A stretch of 64,000 nt of DNA from Nageia nagi (taxonomy: Eukaryota; Plantae; Pinophyta). The first letter of the stretch is position 1. The number at the start of each line of letters is the position of its first letter. The position numbers and the translations under genes are program-made. The notes beneath the pieces were generated by a model, which had not been told where the DNA came from, searched no databases, and worked only from the letters and a program-made list of their open reading frames with translations. The stretch spans positions 24,924,001-24,988,000 of the forward strand of contig JBITNC010000002.1 in NCBI GenBank assembly GCA_050084985.1. The letters are read 5' to 3'. This document shows, one piece after another, positions 37,928 to 50,327 of this stretch.

Positions 37928-39021
37928 GTTTAAACCAATATGTTTTCAAAGAGTGCCACTTGATATATTTTCTTTTTGAATCCTAAGAAGAAATACATGC
38001 CTAAATTTGTTTAAGTGTTTAACTAGAAACTAGAGAAGCTTCCACATTGTTTTCTTCCTTATTCTCCAACTTGATAATGGATAAGTTGCCCAAAATTGAT
38101 CTTTTAATTGCTTGATTATTTTGAATAATAGATCGTTTTTGCTCTTTGAAAATCCTCATATTTTGTTCTATCCAAATGCCCCAAGCATAATGAAAAGGAA
38201 TGAAGTCCCATATTGCATTTAGTCTTCTACTTTTAAAAGGTCTTTCACACTGCTGCAACTAATCCAACATATTATTTAGGAGAAACCAATTTATTCCTAT
38301 TTCTTGAATGATATTAGTGATAATCTATGTGAAATACTTGCATTATAAAAAGATGTGACTCACAAATTCTTCATTAGATTCACAAAGAACACATCTATTA
38401 TTAATACGTTGAAAACATTTTTTTCTTCAAATTGTCCATGGTCAAAATTTTATTTTGAGATGCCAACCAAAAGAAAATAGCAATTTTTGAGGGTTACTTT
38501 CTTACTCCAAATCATATTCCAACGAAATCGTCCCCCTGGTTCAGCCAAAAGAGAATCATAAGCTGAATTATTTGTAAAAACTCCATCTGCATTATATCCC
38601 CAAACTAGAGAGTCTTCCTCCAAAGACTGGCCCAAGAAATAAGATTTTAGTTTAAGATTGAGCAACCTAAAAGCCTATTTCTTTTGGGGATTGCTACCTT
38701 TCAAATTTTTCCATCTTATGCTAGAGTTCTTTCTTTCAATAAAATCATGAACCATACACCCATATTGCATTTCCATCTTCATTACCAAAGCATCTCTATT
38801 AGACTATTACCATTTTTTAACAATGTTTTCATGGAAGATTTTGAAGTTTATTGTTTCTTCAATCCCCCATCTTTTAATTTATTTCATCCCCTATACCTAC
38901 CATTTCCTATCTTGGGTTTGAAGTATAGCTTTGTATGGTAATCTATTTTTGTCCATATTGTTTATTTTACTTTTATTTGTCAGAATGTAGCAGAGCGCTT
39001 CAACTTCTAAAGGTAACATGT

Positions 39022-40829
39022 TGTAAAATCTTAAAATTCTACACTTGGAAATTAGCCAAATATTCACCAACAAATATCAAATTATGGTAGTAATAAAATA
39101 TGCCAATATCCACAATGTCTCACTCCCTTAGCCAATAAATACCCCAATAAGCTCAACGTCACACATAGGCATCAAGATATCATGCAAAATACATCATTAA
39201 TGGGCCAAGAAACATGACATCATACTCAAGGAAGTAATATTACACCATACACACATCAAAATGAGACAATAATGAGAGATCAAGTGTGTCAATGCTCAAT
39301 TAATGGAGAAATAATGAGTACAAAGTAATACCAGGCCCAAAAGGGCTCAATGTTGGCCTCTAAGGAGCCAACTAAGGCACACAAATGTGCAAATCTGATC
39401 ACTAAAGAAGATATGCTACAAAACAACCACACTCTACCAGAGCTATGGACGCCAAACTAAAGGGCTTCGTCATAGGCTGGCTCCCGACGAAGAGAACAAG
39501 TGCAATTCTAGAATACCACCAGATGGATTCAAAGATGCTGACCACATGGACGCCTCAAGGGCAACCTCACAACACAAACAATCACCTCAACCGCAAAATG
39601 GAAGGTGTTCCTAGCCTCCTAAACTCTCCTTGAACTACACGCCCAAGGGTGCTTGATGCCGCCAAGTATTTAGAAGCTCTGAAAAGAAGAAAGGGTTTCA
39701 CTAATAAAATCAACATGTCCTCACAATGATGCTCCAATGCCTTATATAACACAACCTGGATTTGGATCTCACCTAGAAGTCATCACCCAAACCTCCAAAT
39801 CCAAGGTTAGCCTCCTAGAGGCCCTCAAATGCCCAACATGAGGTTAGATGTGCACCTGGATGTCATGCATACCTAACGTTAGCCTCCTCGAGGCCCTCAA
39901 ATGCCCAACGTGGGGTTAGATGTGCGCCTAGGTGTCATGCATGCCCAACATTAGCCTTCTAGAGGCTACTCACACACAAGTATGGGTCATTATGGGTCAA
40001 CATGGGGTTCTAGAGTCTTCCCCAAGTGTGGTGAAGTTGTACTAGTTCAACGTTGGGGTCATAGGTGTCCATCCATGCCATGTGTTGGCTATCTAGCAAG
40101 GGTCCACCGATCCGAAGCAGCTCCCGATGCTCTGCATTGGCCAAAGCAGATCGAGCCCAGGCTCTCGCCGTCCGGAGTGTCGTCGGAGCGACCCCAAAGC
40201 AGTTGAGAAGCTTCAAGAGTGGTTGACAAGGGGCTAAAAAATATTGCACGTGATTTTATAAAAAAAAGGGTCAAAACTTAAAATTAAAAACATAGTTGGA
40301 TACTTGATAGTTATGGTTTTGCTGTTTTGGGCCTTTGGCATTTTGCTACTATGACATTATAACTCATTTTGATATTATGACATTATGTACTACACTGATT
40401 CAAACTTGTTTGTGATTTAATGACATTATGGCTTGTTTTGATTTCTCATTTTTACCTTCCAGATTCATACTTGATTAATATTATGCTATTATCATTAAGT
40501 TTTGTAATTTAAATTCATATTTGATTTATATTTGATAGTAAAAATGAATTAGAAACAATGAACATTAAAAAATCTAAAAATCCTAGGGATTTTCTACTAG
40601 CCGCTCCGCCTGCCAAATTGGGGCCGCTCCCTAAAAATGACCCTCCGCCACTCTAGACTTCCAGAGCATGCTCCGTCGCTCCCAACTCAACGTGGAACCT
40701 TGTCATCTAGGTGTCATACAAGTCTTGGGATTCCCACAATCAATTTTTCGGATCTCCAAGTTCATAAAAATAACAATGAAACAACTCATCCTACGCTTGG
40801 GAGGAAAACGTCCCACCTTGGGGCTCACA
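39022..40829. mobile_element. Solo LTR (about 1.2 kb excluding the MITE) with a 72-bp internal tandem repeat
   Basis: TGTAAAATC...GGGCTCACA, flanked by 4-bp ATGT on both sides. The 72-bp repeat is at ~39807-39965. No internal retroviral domains are adjacent. Confidence 0.6.
40097..40702. mobile_element. hAT-type MITE (606 bp) inserted in the solo LTR
   Basis: TIRs CAAGGGTCCAC and GTGGAACCTTG. Imperfect 8-bp TSD CTATCTAG/TCATCTAG. GC- and CpG-rich subterminal CCGCTC repeats surround an AT-rich core. Confidence 0.75.
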
Positions 40830-43681
40830 ATGTGGGTCCAATAGACCATTATTTTTCTATCTCAAGTTACTACTAATGTAAAAAGAAATTATTTACAAAA
40901 GGGATACCAAGGATCCCAAATTTCTTTATGTTTGGTAAAAAAGGCATGTTACACGTGTATGTTTCTGCCAACATCATACAACATGGGGTTTGCACTTTTT
41001 CCCCAAGCTCTTCTAATAAAAACCTGTTTTTTAACACTCTCATCCATGTCTCTTTTCTGAGGTCCGGACCATATATAACTACTCTTTGAATAACATTCTG
41101 AAAATAAATTTCCTTAATTTTCAACTACATAATTTGATTCACTTGTGTTTCTTTGGCAATGCTTAAAGACTAGATGACAGTAACTTTGACAAGATAAAGA
41201 TAGATTGCTAAAGATTTCACAAGAATGTAGTCCAATAGAATCAATGAAGAATACATTTAGAAAAGCTAATCAAAGGAACCAGACCTTGTCCTTGAAGAAG
41301 AAGCAGGGCTAGTTGCTACTGTTCCTTGCAGAAGGGGCACATTTGAGAAGATTGCTATAATTCTCAGAAGGATAACATGAAGATCGTGTTCACTGCTACA
41401 AATAGGTCCAATTGATACAGCTGAATACCATTTAGCTTTTAGAGTGAAAAATGAGAGTCTGCCACTTTTTTTTTTTGCCCATGTTGTAAACCGTACATTT
41501 ATAAAAATAGTTGGACAACTTAAGACAAGTACTAATGATCAATCAAAGGAGATCCTCAAAATCCTGTAGATAATTCAAACCTTGCTTTAACACTCACATG
41601 AGACTGAACACCATATTTGTATTGAATACAGGAAAATTGTTGAAATATTAGACCGTTACAAGAAGAATTAAGGAGGAAATTGAAATTAACAATCACTCAG
41701 ATGACTTGAAAAAAGATAAAAAAGTAATCCAAGGTGATGCTTGAGGACCCTTAGTAAACCATATAAATAAATAAACTCTAGCATTGGCGAGTAGAATAAG
41801 ATTCTTAACAACTTAATAAACTTTGTAATTTGATAATAAAACATGTTGAGTATAAAATTTCCTGGTCAAGAATTATCAATGGCTCTCCCTTGAAGATGAG
41901 TACCAAAGGAGGAATAACATTGGGTTTGACAAATACTCTCATGGTGGTGCCAAAAAAAAAAAAAAGAACACAAGCATGAACTTCATGCAAATTTGAAACC
42001 AAATGGATATTCCACCATGGTGGTGTACAGATTCTAGGCATTCTTCAGGCAAAGCAGACATAAATCCAAGAGATCAGCCACTCGAGCAAGCAGAAAAAGA
42101 GGATAGCAAAGGCTGCACCCAGCAAGGAAAACCTTCTTTTCCCAAGTTCATCATGTGATATATGTGCCTCCGATGTTCTCTACAACCAACAATTTGTAAC
42201 TCGTTTTCCAATCTCCTAGGACTGAGTTTCTGTCTTATCTCCCTTGTGCTCCAGATATCAGCCTGCAGGTCACTGTTCAGACTCTCTGAACCTGTAAGTC
42301 CTTTCTGAGGCTTTCAGGTGGCTAGTAGACTCATTTAATGGCTAGCAAAATTTAGGCAATATTTGACAAGACATTCCTGAACCATTGCAGGGTCTTTAAC
42401 TCTAAAAAGATGGTTTTAAATCCTATCTCTGAACTTCAGATTATGAAGTTTCACTTTTTACAACCCAATACAACAGAACTCTCCACGTACTTGCTGGTAA
42501 TTTAGATTCTTAACGCTAAACAATTTAAGCCAATTCTCTACTTGGCTTGCCAATTCATATGGCCTATGGCTTATGAATAACCCTGTCAAACCAGGACATC
42601 TCACAAGTGACAAGCTTCTGGTTTCACTCAAAATCAAAAGAAACGTTCATGAGCTTAGCAACATTCTTCACCCATCAACTAAATGGTGGAACATTGAATG
42701 AACAGGGGAAAATGCAAAGTCTTTTATTCTATTTCATTCAGTTTTCTGATAGGCTCATTTTCCTCCAGTATTAATCTTTCTTTTGCACACTTCAAGTTGA
42801 TGCTGAGTACAGGTATGTTGACTTAGTCACTCTCATCTTACCATGTGGCTACAGATGAAGAAATCTAAATGTAAGTTCTGCTCATACTCGCTCCATATAA
42901 GGAGTTTACTCCTGTTTCAACTCAGATCTCGAGCATTTCCCATGGCACAGAACATGTCAATCTTAGATCGTCTCCAAGAGAAGAGAAGATAGTCTTCATT
43001 CATCCTTTTGACCATTCAAGGGCATTGCTTTTTGAGTTTTTTAGGATATTCTGACGTGGGAGCAATTCTACTCTCAAATTAGTCACAGATCAGGTCTGTG
43101 GCAATTGTCATGGCAGTTTTAGCGTGGGTTTTGAGTATTTTCCATGTTGGAATTTATTTTTTACTCTTAGGACTGTACATGGGCTCCTAACACAAAAATT
43201 CAACTGCTCCTTAACTTGAGTTGATCTAGGTACATGCATTACTATTTCATGTTCGGGAACTGAATATCATTCTGTTTAGTTAGCTCTTTCTCTCTATTCC
43301 CCGAATTTTATACAAAGACAAATATTTCCGTCTTTCAGGTGGCAGCAACACTCTTAAAGGAAATGAGCTGAATTTATCAATAGGCATCAAATTATGTGTG
43401 CACATAATCACCAAAGGCCTCCAAAACAACATTTAATTGAGTTTTCAAAGCCTGTCTAACAGCTGTTACAAGTGAATTGGAACCTGCCAATATGTTTAAG
43501 CTAAAAATACAATATGAATCATGCACATTAAATCTATATCTTATCTGGAGATGTTCTCACCTATATCTTCTAGCTCTTCTAGATTGGGCCCCTCTTTCCA
43601 GGACTGTTCAGTCTCTAAAAAAATGTAAAGCCAGCCTTATTTTTATCCAAAGAGAGATATTTATTATTTGGGGCAACCTCC

Positions 43682-44066
43682 CATTATGCTTATCCTCTTA
43701 AACTAATGTTTGTACAGTCCCAAGAGTTTTGTTTGCACCTTTTTGGCATGAATAGTGCACTCTTCCCACTTTTCTCTTTGCTAAAGCACAATTCACATCT
43801 GAAATAAATATGAGCATAACAGCTACTCTTTAAAACAGCTGTTCATGAGAGGCACGCACAAAGTTAATTGAAAAAAGGCTAACATGCATTATGCTTATCC
43901 TCTTAAACTATTGTTTGTATAATCTCATGTGTGTTGCCTACACCCTTTGGGCATGATTGGTGCACTATTCCCACTTTTCTCTTTGCTAGAGCGTAAGCCA
44001 CATCTGAATAACACTTACTCTTTAAAACAGCAGTCCATGAGAGCCAAGCACACAGTTAACTAAATA
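43682..44066. repeat. Intronic ~205-bp tandem duplication (2 copies), each containing a 60-nt AG..GT exon-like unit
   Basis: Copies start at 43682 and 43887 (CATTATGCTTATCCTCTTAAACTA..). Confidence 0.9.
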
Positions 44067-44326
44067 ATGTGGACATAAATATGGAGACATAAATATGGAG
44101 ACAATCTTTCGTATGGGAACAAAGCTAAGACAATAGTCAGAAACCAGACAAGCAAAATGAGACGTAAAAGCCAAGCCAATCCTTAACTTTCAATAGGTTT
44201 GTATATTACTATGGTGCTGCATTTCAGATATAAGTCAACCAATCAACAAGTTTGCAAGGTTATTTTGCAACAGCATATTATTTCCAGCCAATATTTTGGA
44301 ACCAGTCAATCTAATGGAAAGCTTAC

Positions 44327-44430
44327 CTTTGCCTAGAATGCCAAAACATAGGTCCCTTATGCATTAGAGCAGATGTCAAAATTACTCCAACAATAAGCAT
44401 CAGCAGTGCCAAAAGTGAATCGGAGGAACT
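44327..44430 (-). CDS. PNET2: NEMP/PNET2 exon (104 nt, phase 0-2), last transmembrane helix
   Basis: ttgtcAG|AGT TCC..CAA AG|GTaagc; encodes SSSDSLLALLMLIVGVILTSALMHKGPMFWHSRQ. Confidence 0.88.
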
Positions 44431-44838
44431 CTGACAAAGGATAAGAATTAATTTCAGCTTGGCTCAAATAATGAGCAAGGCCACTTGAATGTTCTCTAAA
44501 ATTAAACAAAAACGATGCGGCAATGACTTGCATGTTAGTTTGTAGATAAGAAGCATTATGTACAATTAAAGTCCGTGCCTATGTAAATTGAAAAAGAATT
44601 CACTTAACTAATATACTAGAGTTGTATTAAAGAAACAAGTTCCAACATAAAATGCAATATAATTATAAACAGTGAGTTATTAAAACATGGCAATAACAAT
44701 CTCCTTTCTAAAATCCCTAAAACAGATCAATGTGAATAGAAATACTGCTTACTTTTTCAAAAGCAAAAAAAATTGCATAGCAACTCAAATGCAAAATCAA
44801 GCAAGCTTGGTATAAAACAATCGAACAATAGAGAGCAC

Positions 44839-45000
44839 CTGAAGAATCAGAACTGATGCTACTATCCGAATTGCCCATGCCACAAACTGAGCGATCCCAG
44901 TATCCACTGTCCCATCTTCTGAAAGTACAAGTTTTCTCACCCCCCAAAAGCCAACCCACGCTCCTGTGAATATAATGGATAGCAGCAGAAACACTGCTAC
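44839..45000 (-). CDS. PNET2: NEMP/PNET2 exon (162 nt, phase 0-0)
   Basis: gttacAG|GTA..CAG|GTgctc; encodes VAVFLLLSIIFTGAWVGFWGVRKLVLSEDGTVDTGIAQFVAWAIRIVASVLILQ, the NEMP core. Confidence 0.93.
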
Positions 45001-45779
45001 CTGTAACCAATATAAATAAAGAAAGGCCTATACATTTTGCAAAAAAAATAGATAGCATGATAAATCACAGCAACAACAAAATGGAATAAAGCATTTCAAT
45101 TGTTAAATACAGGCCGTTACCAACCAAGTTTAATAAAAATAATAAACTTTACAGCTAAATAGAGTTCATTGGTCTCCAACAATTTAAATTTCCAAAAACA
45201 GCTTCATAATTCCGAAAGGCCACAGAACAGGATATAAGAGAGTGACATAAATATCAAATATTTTAACTTTATTTAAAGGATTCTATTAACCTTGTATGGA
45301 AGGAAAAGTATGAAATAGTGCTATGGCAAATAAACAGCAGGTGTTGCGGAGAAAACATATATGAAAGCGGGATTGTTCTAGTTGCACTGCAAAAAAGCTG
45401 TTTCAATCTACTACACCTTTATATGTAAGAATAGGATGTTGATTCTAGAACCAGTTTGTGAGAACCAAATTTAACTGGAATTTAATACTGTGTTGTGTTC
45501 AGAAGTGAATCATGGGATGTCTAAACATTACAAACTAAAGTGTGTCATTTGAGCCAGTGTATTAAAGGAAGAGAAATAGCTTTGCAAGTAGCAAATGGAC
45601 TGTACAAAAAAATCGCAAATAGGTGTCAAGGGCAATGCAAGCTGATATGGAACAGATAACAGTGCAGTACTCGCAAAAGTGTGACAATGTATTTGGAGAC
45701 TAACATAGCAAAATATATTAAAGAGATTAAGGAAAAACATGGTCAAATGAATCTGTCTTATACAAGATGCACGTTAATG

Positions 45780-46710
45780 AGCTTTCTTGGAATCCTACAT
45801 ACACAACAAAGCTGATGCTTCTCTGAATAGACATTACTTCGATGTCAAATACATGACTTCTGGACTTCCATCCTTCAGCAATGTACTTCCATCCTGAATG
45901 CCAGAAACTGGTCTGTTATAGTAAGTCCATTAGAATGTTAGCACCGTCTGAAACACCTTTGACTTTATTCGGCATTTTCCAACAAACACCATACTTAATG
46001 TTGAATGGAAGAATCAACAAAGTCATTATCCAAGCTTCAATTTCTGCTACCTCCCCAAATCTGAAGGGTCCATGCAAACTCGTCATTAATGCATAGTTCA
46101 AAAAAACTTCCTCCTCTTGAGCTTGGTCATTGTAACCACCTTGTACTTGAGCATGTCTTCTTGTGAGTCTTGTTTCAAAACTCCAATTTAACAGTTGGCT
46201 TGTTGGATGGACTCGGAAAATCCTCGTCTTTGCACTTGATAAAGATACACCTTAATCGATATTAATCCTTCTCAATTTCTTCACCAACACTTGTTACCAC
46301 TTACTCTTGTTGACAATAAGATTCCCTTCAATAAAAATCACATCTGTAGACACTATGCATTGTCTACTCTCGGGGTTGTAGCACTTATAGATCTTTACTA
46401 GCTTTGTAGTATCCTACAAAACTACATGGTTGGCTTTTTGAATCTAACTTTTTCCTCTTTTTATTAGCAACATTAACATAAGCCAAACAACCAAAAACTC
46501 TCAAATGGCTTATTGAGGTTTCATGTGGCGTCTTCTTAACCATTGTATCAACCACTTCAACCCACAATAAACAACTCAATCTTTTTGCTTGCAACATGCG
46601 CCTTGTCATCTACACTATAGTTCAATTCTTCCTTTTTGCTACTCCATTTTTGTAGGGATTTGGAGTAATTTAATCTCTATTAAAAAATGTACATAGCTCT
46701 AATACCAATT
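45780..46710 (-). mobile_element. Heavily deleted Copia fragment (PBS, integrase C-terminus, RT/RH scraps)
   Basis: ISHLRVFGCLAYVNVANKKRKKLDSKSQPCSFVGY. PBS-like TGGTATTAGAG on the minus strand at ~46697-46707. Confidence 0.75.
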
Positions 46711-46889
46711 AAGGGTTTCATGTCTAAACGTACATACACAACCATCATTACATGGATCCGCATAATTCCTCAAATACCCAAAAGACTAAAACCACAAATC
46801 TAAAACATAAATGACAAAAACAATGAACAAAAACATAATGGAGGCATAATTTTACCTTAAAAATTCTTTTCATTTAAACATTGTCAAGG

Positions 46890-47810
46890 GCCTCTTTAAC
46901 TACACAATGAGACATTCACTCAACTCCATGTCCTCTAAAAGAATATAGCCTCAATAAACTTCTCTGAACAATGGGATATCAGCTTCACATCAATCCTCAA
47001 CTCTATGGGGTTGCTCCTCCTCAACTAATGGCTTCCAAGCCTCTCTAATTGTAGTCTCACAATGCACTTCCATCGTCAATCTACATTGGACATCATACCC
47101 ATCACAATACAAAAAGATCATCTAGAACAATCTCATTACAAGTAGTGGAGGAATATTCCTTGGGATATGGCATCATCAATTTTTTACTCAAATTTGGCTC
47201 CCCTTTCCTTTTCATTTTTGCTGTGCAAAACCATGTCATGTCATGTCATGATTGTGCTATTCAATTACAATTTTGTTTCTTCAAGCTCGTCTTCCATTTA
47301 TACCACAATTTTGCACCTTTGCATATGATTCTCATGCTACAGTATGATATTGCTTCTCTGCTCATGATCCTATTGTTGTCAAAAAAGTTGCTAAATCCTC
47401 CATGTTTGTCGATAGACATTGATCTATCGAAAATCGCCCCATCAATGGAAAGTGGAAAACATCTATTGTCCCTATCATATTGCTTGTGACTACTTCTAAA
47501 AATTCCACTTTGTTTCCAAGTATAGCATGACCCTTTTAGACACAATAGCGACAAAACACAGGAATGGTCTTATCCAACTTCCAAATCAATCTTCTCGTAA
47601 ATCTTGCTAAGGTGGACAAAAGAGTGCCTGAAAATCTTTTGAAATATTTCAAGTAGTGTATGGTTGTGATGTTTCATAGTTTGCACATTGGACTAGTATG
47701 TTTTAAGATGACTCATATATGTCGTTTAATATAGGAACTTCACTCCCCATTTGAGTTCTACCCCTGTCATATCTTTCTGTTCCATTGCCTTAGCGCCAAG
47801 CTCCCCTTGT
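46890..47810 (-). mobile_element. Degenerate Gypsy pol-like fragment
   Basis: Scattered RNase H/integrase-like remnants (LKYF.., QLNSTIMT*HDMVLHSK.. region) with many stops. Support is weak. Confidence 0.4.
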
Positions 47811-47818
47811 TAGAACAC

Positions 47819-50036
47819 TCGTGTTGTTGCCTTCCAATTCGGATTCGAAGTGCGTGGAACTTTGGCCAAACCCATACAACTCCAATCTTAGAAACCGATA
47901 CTAGTCGATAAGAATATCGCCCCTCGAGCTGAATTCATATATCACAGTCTTCTCACAACCTCTTTTCTTTATTTTTTTCTATTTCTTTTACGCAACTTTC
48001 GCAACGAATCTTTTCCTTTTTCCCTTTTTTTGAGAAACAACTATTTCTGGATTAGGAAACCTTCGAGTCCTTAGTTAACAAATTTTATTTGAGTTGGTAA
48101 TAGCTTTAAGCATCTCCATCGAATCACATGAGTGATCCCTTGCACCATTCACTTTCAAACCTTTGAGGTAAACAATCCTCATAGCGGGTAGGGGTCACGC
48201 CCTACCACTTAGGTGTTGGAGTCTTTCCACATGCCTTGTAATACCATCTGCCAATCAGCAAGGGTAGGAAAGAAAAAGCCTCCAACAGGAAGTATGTGAC
48301 CAAGATCAAAGCAATTGCTTGATGGGGATTCATGGGAATGAAGGTGTGATCTGTGTGATAATGGAAAGACCTACAATGGCTCTTACACAAGAGTCAAGGC
48401 TCACAACTTGCATCAAAGGGTAAAGGGGGTTCATGTTTGTTCACATACCAAAAATCCAGAGGTGATGGCCAAATTTAACAAAGAGAATGATGATGCTTTA
48501 AGGCTAAAAGAGCAAAGAAGAAAGACTGGTATGGGTGGACAGATTGATACTCACTTGGTTGCTAGCAATGAGCCAAGGATTGTCCATGAAGCAAGGAAGA
48601 CGAGGGCAATGGAGCTTGAAGATGAGGTATCAAAACCCACACCAGGAATTAAAGACAGCAGATTGTTGAAAATGTTCAACAATTAAGGGAGAGATGAAGC
48701 AGAGTCCAGAGTGGAAAGGGCCATCTATGCTTGTGGCATCCCCATTTAATGTGGTTCAATCCCCTTATTGACAGGATTTGATGAGGGCAATTAACTCAGC
48801 CCCTCAAGGTTTCAAAGGGGCAAACTATGAAAAAATTGGACCAGTTTTGCTCAAGAAAGAGAGGCAGCTTCTTAAGGATGCTTTAAAACCTATCAGCAAT
48901 TCATGGAGCAGATAAGGGGTGCCTATTATTTCATATTGCTGAATTGATACAAGGCATAGGCCATTGATCAACGTCATTGCATCATCACCTACAAGAGCAA
49001 TGTTCTTGAGAGCAGAAGATTGTTCAAGGGAGCTAAAAGATAGTAACTTTATTGTTGAGGTTTTAATTTCTACTATTGAGCAAGTAGGCCCAAATAAAGT
49101 GGTGCAAGTTATCATAGATAATGCTCTTGTTTGCACAGCTGCAAGATTGATTGTTGAGAGTAAGTGCAGTCATATTTTTTGGACTCATTACATTGTCCAT
49201 AATTTAAATCTGATTCTAGAAGAGATTGAGCATAAAACTACATGGATTAACAAGGTCACAAAGCAGACAAGAGAGATCATAAAATTCATCACCAGCCATC
49301 ACCTATCTCAAGCAATATATCAAGAATATTCCAAATTGGAGTTGCTCAAAGTTGATGAGCCAAGATATGCCTTAAAGTTCATCATGTTGCGTCGCCTTGT
49401 TCAGTTCAAATCTGTATTAATAAGTATGGTGGTGTGCGAGAATTGGGCTGAGTGGAGACAAACAAATTCAGAGAGGGAAAGTATAGTGCGGAGGATGTTG
49501 GTTGATGAGGATTTGTGGATCAAGATAGATTTCTTGCTCGAGTTCACATTACTTGCATTTGAGCTTCTTCAAGAAGCAAACACAAACAAACCTTCCTTGG
49601 GAGAGGTTTATGATGCCTTGGATACCATGGTAGAGAAAACTGTGGAAATAATTACACGTATAAGGCTCCCACTCTTCTTTTTGTTGATGTTGATTTTGCG
49701 GAGCATGTCAATTCCATCATGCATATGAGGTGGAATGGATTTTACACTCCAATGCACCGTTTGGCACATGCTCTAATGCCACACTTTTATGATGAACTCA
49801 TTGCTCAAAGCAATGGGAAGAGCAAGGCCCCACATAAGGACAAGGAGGTGACAAATAGAGTAAAGAGAGCCTTACAAATGATTTTTCCAGTTTCCATACA
49901 AATTGAAGTGAGGGAAGAATTTGCTTGTTTTGTTGCTGGATTGGAGGATTTTGCAAACATATCAGCTTTGGATGAGAGGAGGACCATAAACCCAATTAAA
50001 TGGTGGACTTGTCATGGGGCAAATGGTGCAAATTAG
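47819..50036 (+). mobile_element. Second, 3'-truncated hAT transposon with DUF659 transposase remnant (longest ORF 48964-49728)
   Basis: IPFNVVQSPY, RHRPLINVIASSPTRAMFLRAEDC, IEQVGPNKVVQVIIDNALVC, HIFWTHYIVHNLNLILEEI, RWNGFYTPMHRLAHAL and PIKWWTCHG; the protein then ends abruptly. Confidence 0.85.
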
Positions 50037-50327
50037 ACTTAAACAGCTCTAGAATGCCTTTTAACCTCCTTAGCAACCTTTCCTCACGCCTCCAACAATG
50101 AAGAAAACAAGTGAAAATGAAATGGTTTTGGAGTTGGGGGATGTCTTCTTAGTTTAAACAGCTGAACAAGTCCATAGGTCGGGAATTGCAAGTCTCGAGG
50201 AACTCAAACTCACCAAAACTTGGCCAAGTTCACAAAATTTGAGTCTCAAGCTTGCTCAACTCATTTTTCCTAACCTGAGAAAGGAATTGCTGAGTATTCG
50301 GGACTTGGGCAAATTTTCCCAACTATG
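50037..50327 (-). mobile_element. Terminal fragment of a hAT of the CATAGTTGGGAA-TIR family (same TIR as 34761-37927)
   Basis: Ends in TTTTCCCAACTATG with GAGT/CAAG subterminal motifs. No matching second TIR or TSD was found. Confidence 0.65.

Larger units (their letters stand above)
34088..38940 (-). mobile_element. 5'-truncated L1-clade LINE (zf-RVT plus RNase H-like domain, A-tail), interrupted by a hAT element
   Basis: zf-RVT remnant LVWGYNADGVFTNNSAYDSL..WNMIWSKKV..RCVLCESNEEFVSHIF. RNase H IKWHSLKTYW|FKLKFDRASKGNPGKVGDGGVIRN..LAETMA..VEGDS joins in frame across the hAT TSD. T-run at 34088-34095. Confidence 0.85.

Noticed and set aside
42133-43050. Additional open AG..GT segments that could be chained into the NEMP frame
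   Set aside because: Weak splice sites and no family similarity; such chains arise readily by chance.
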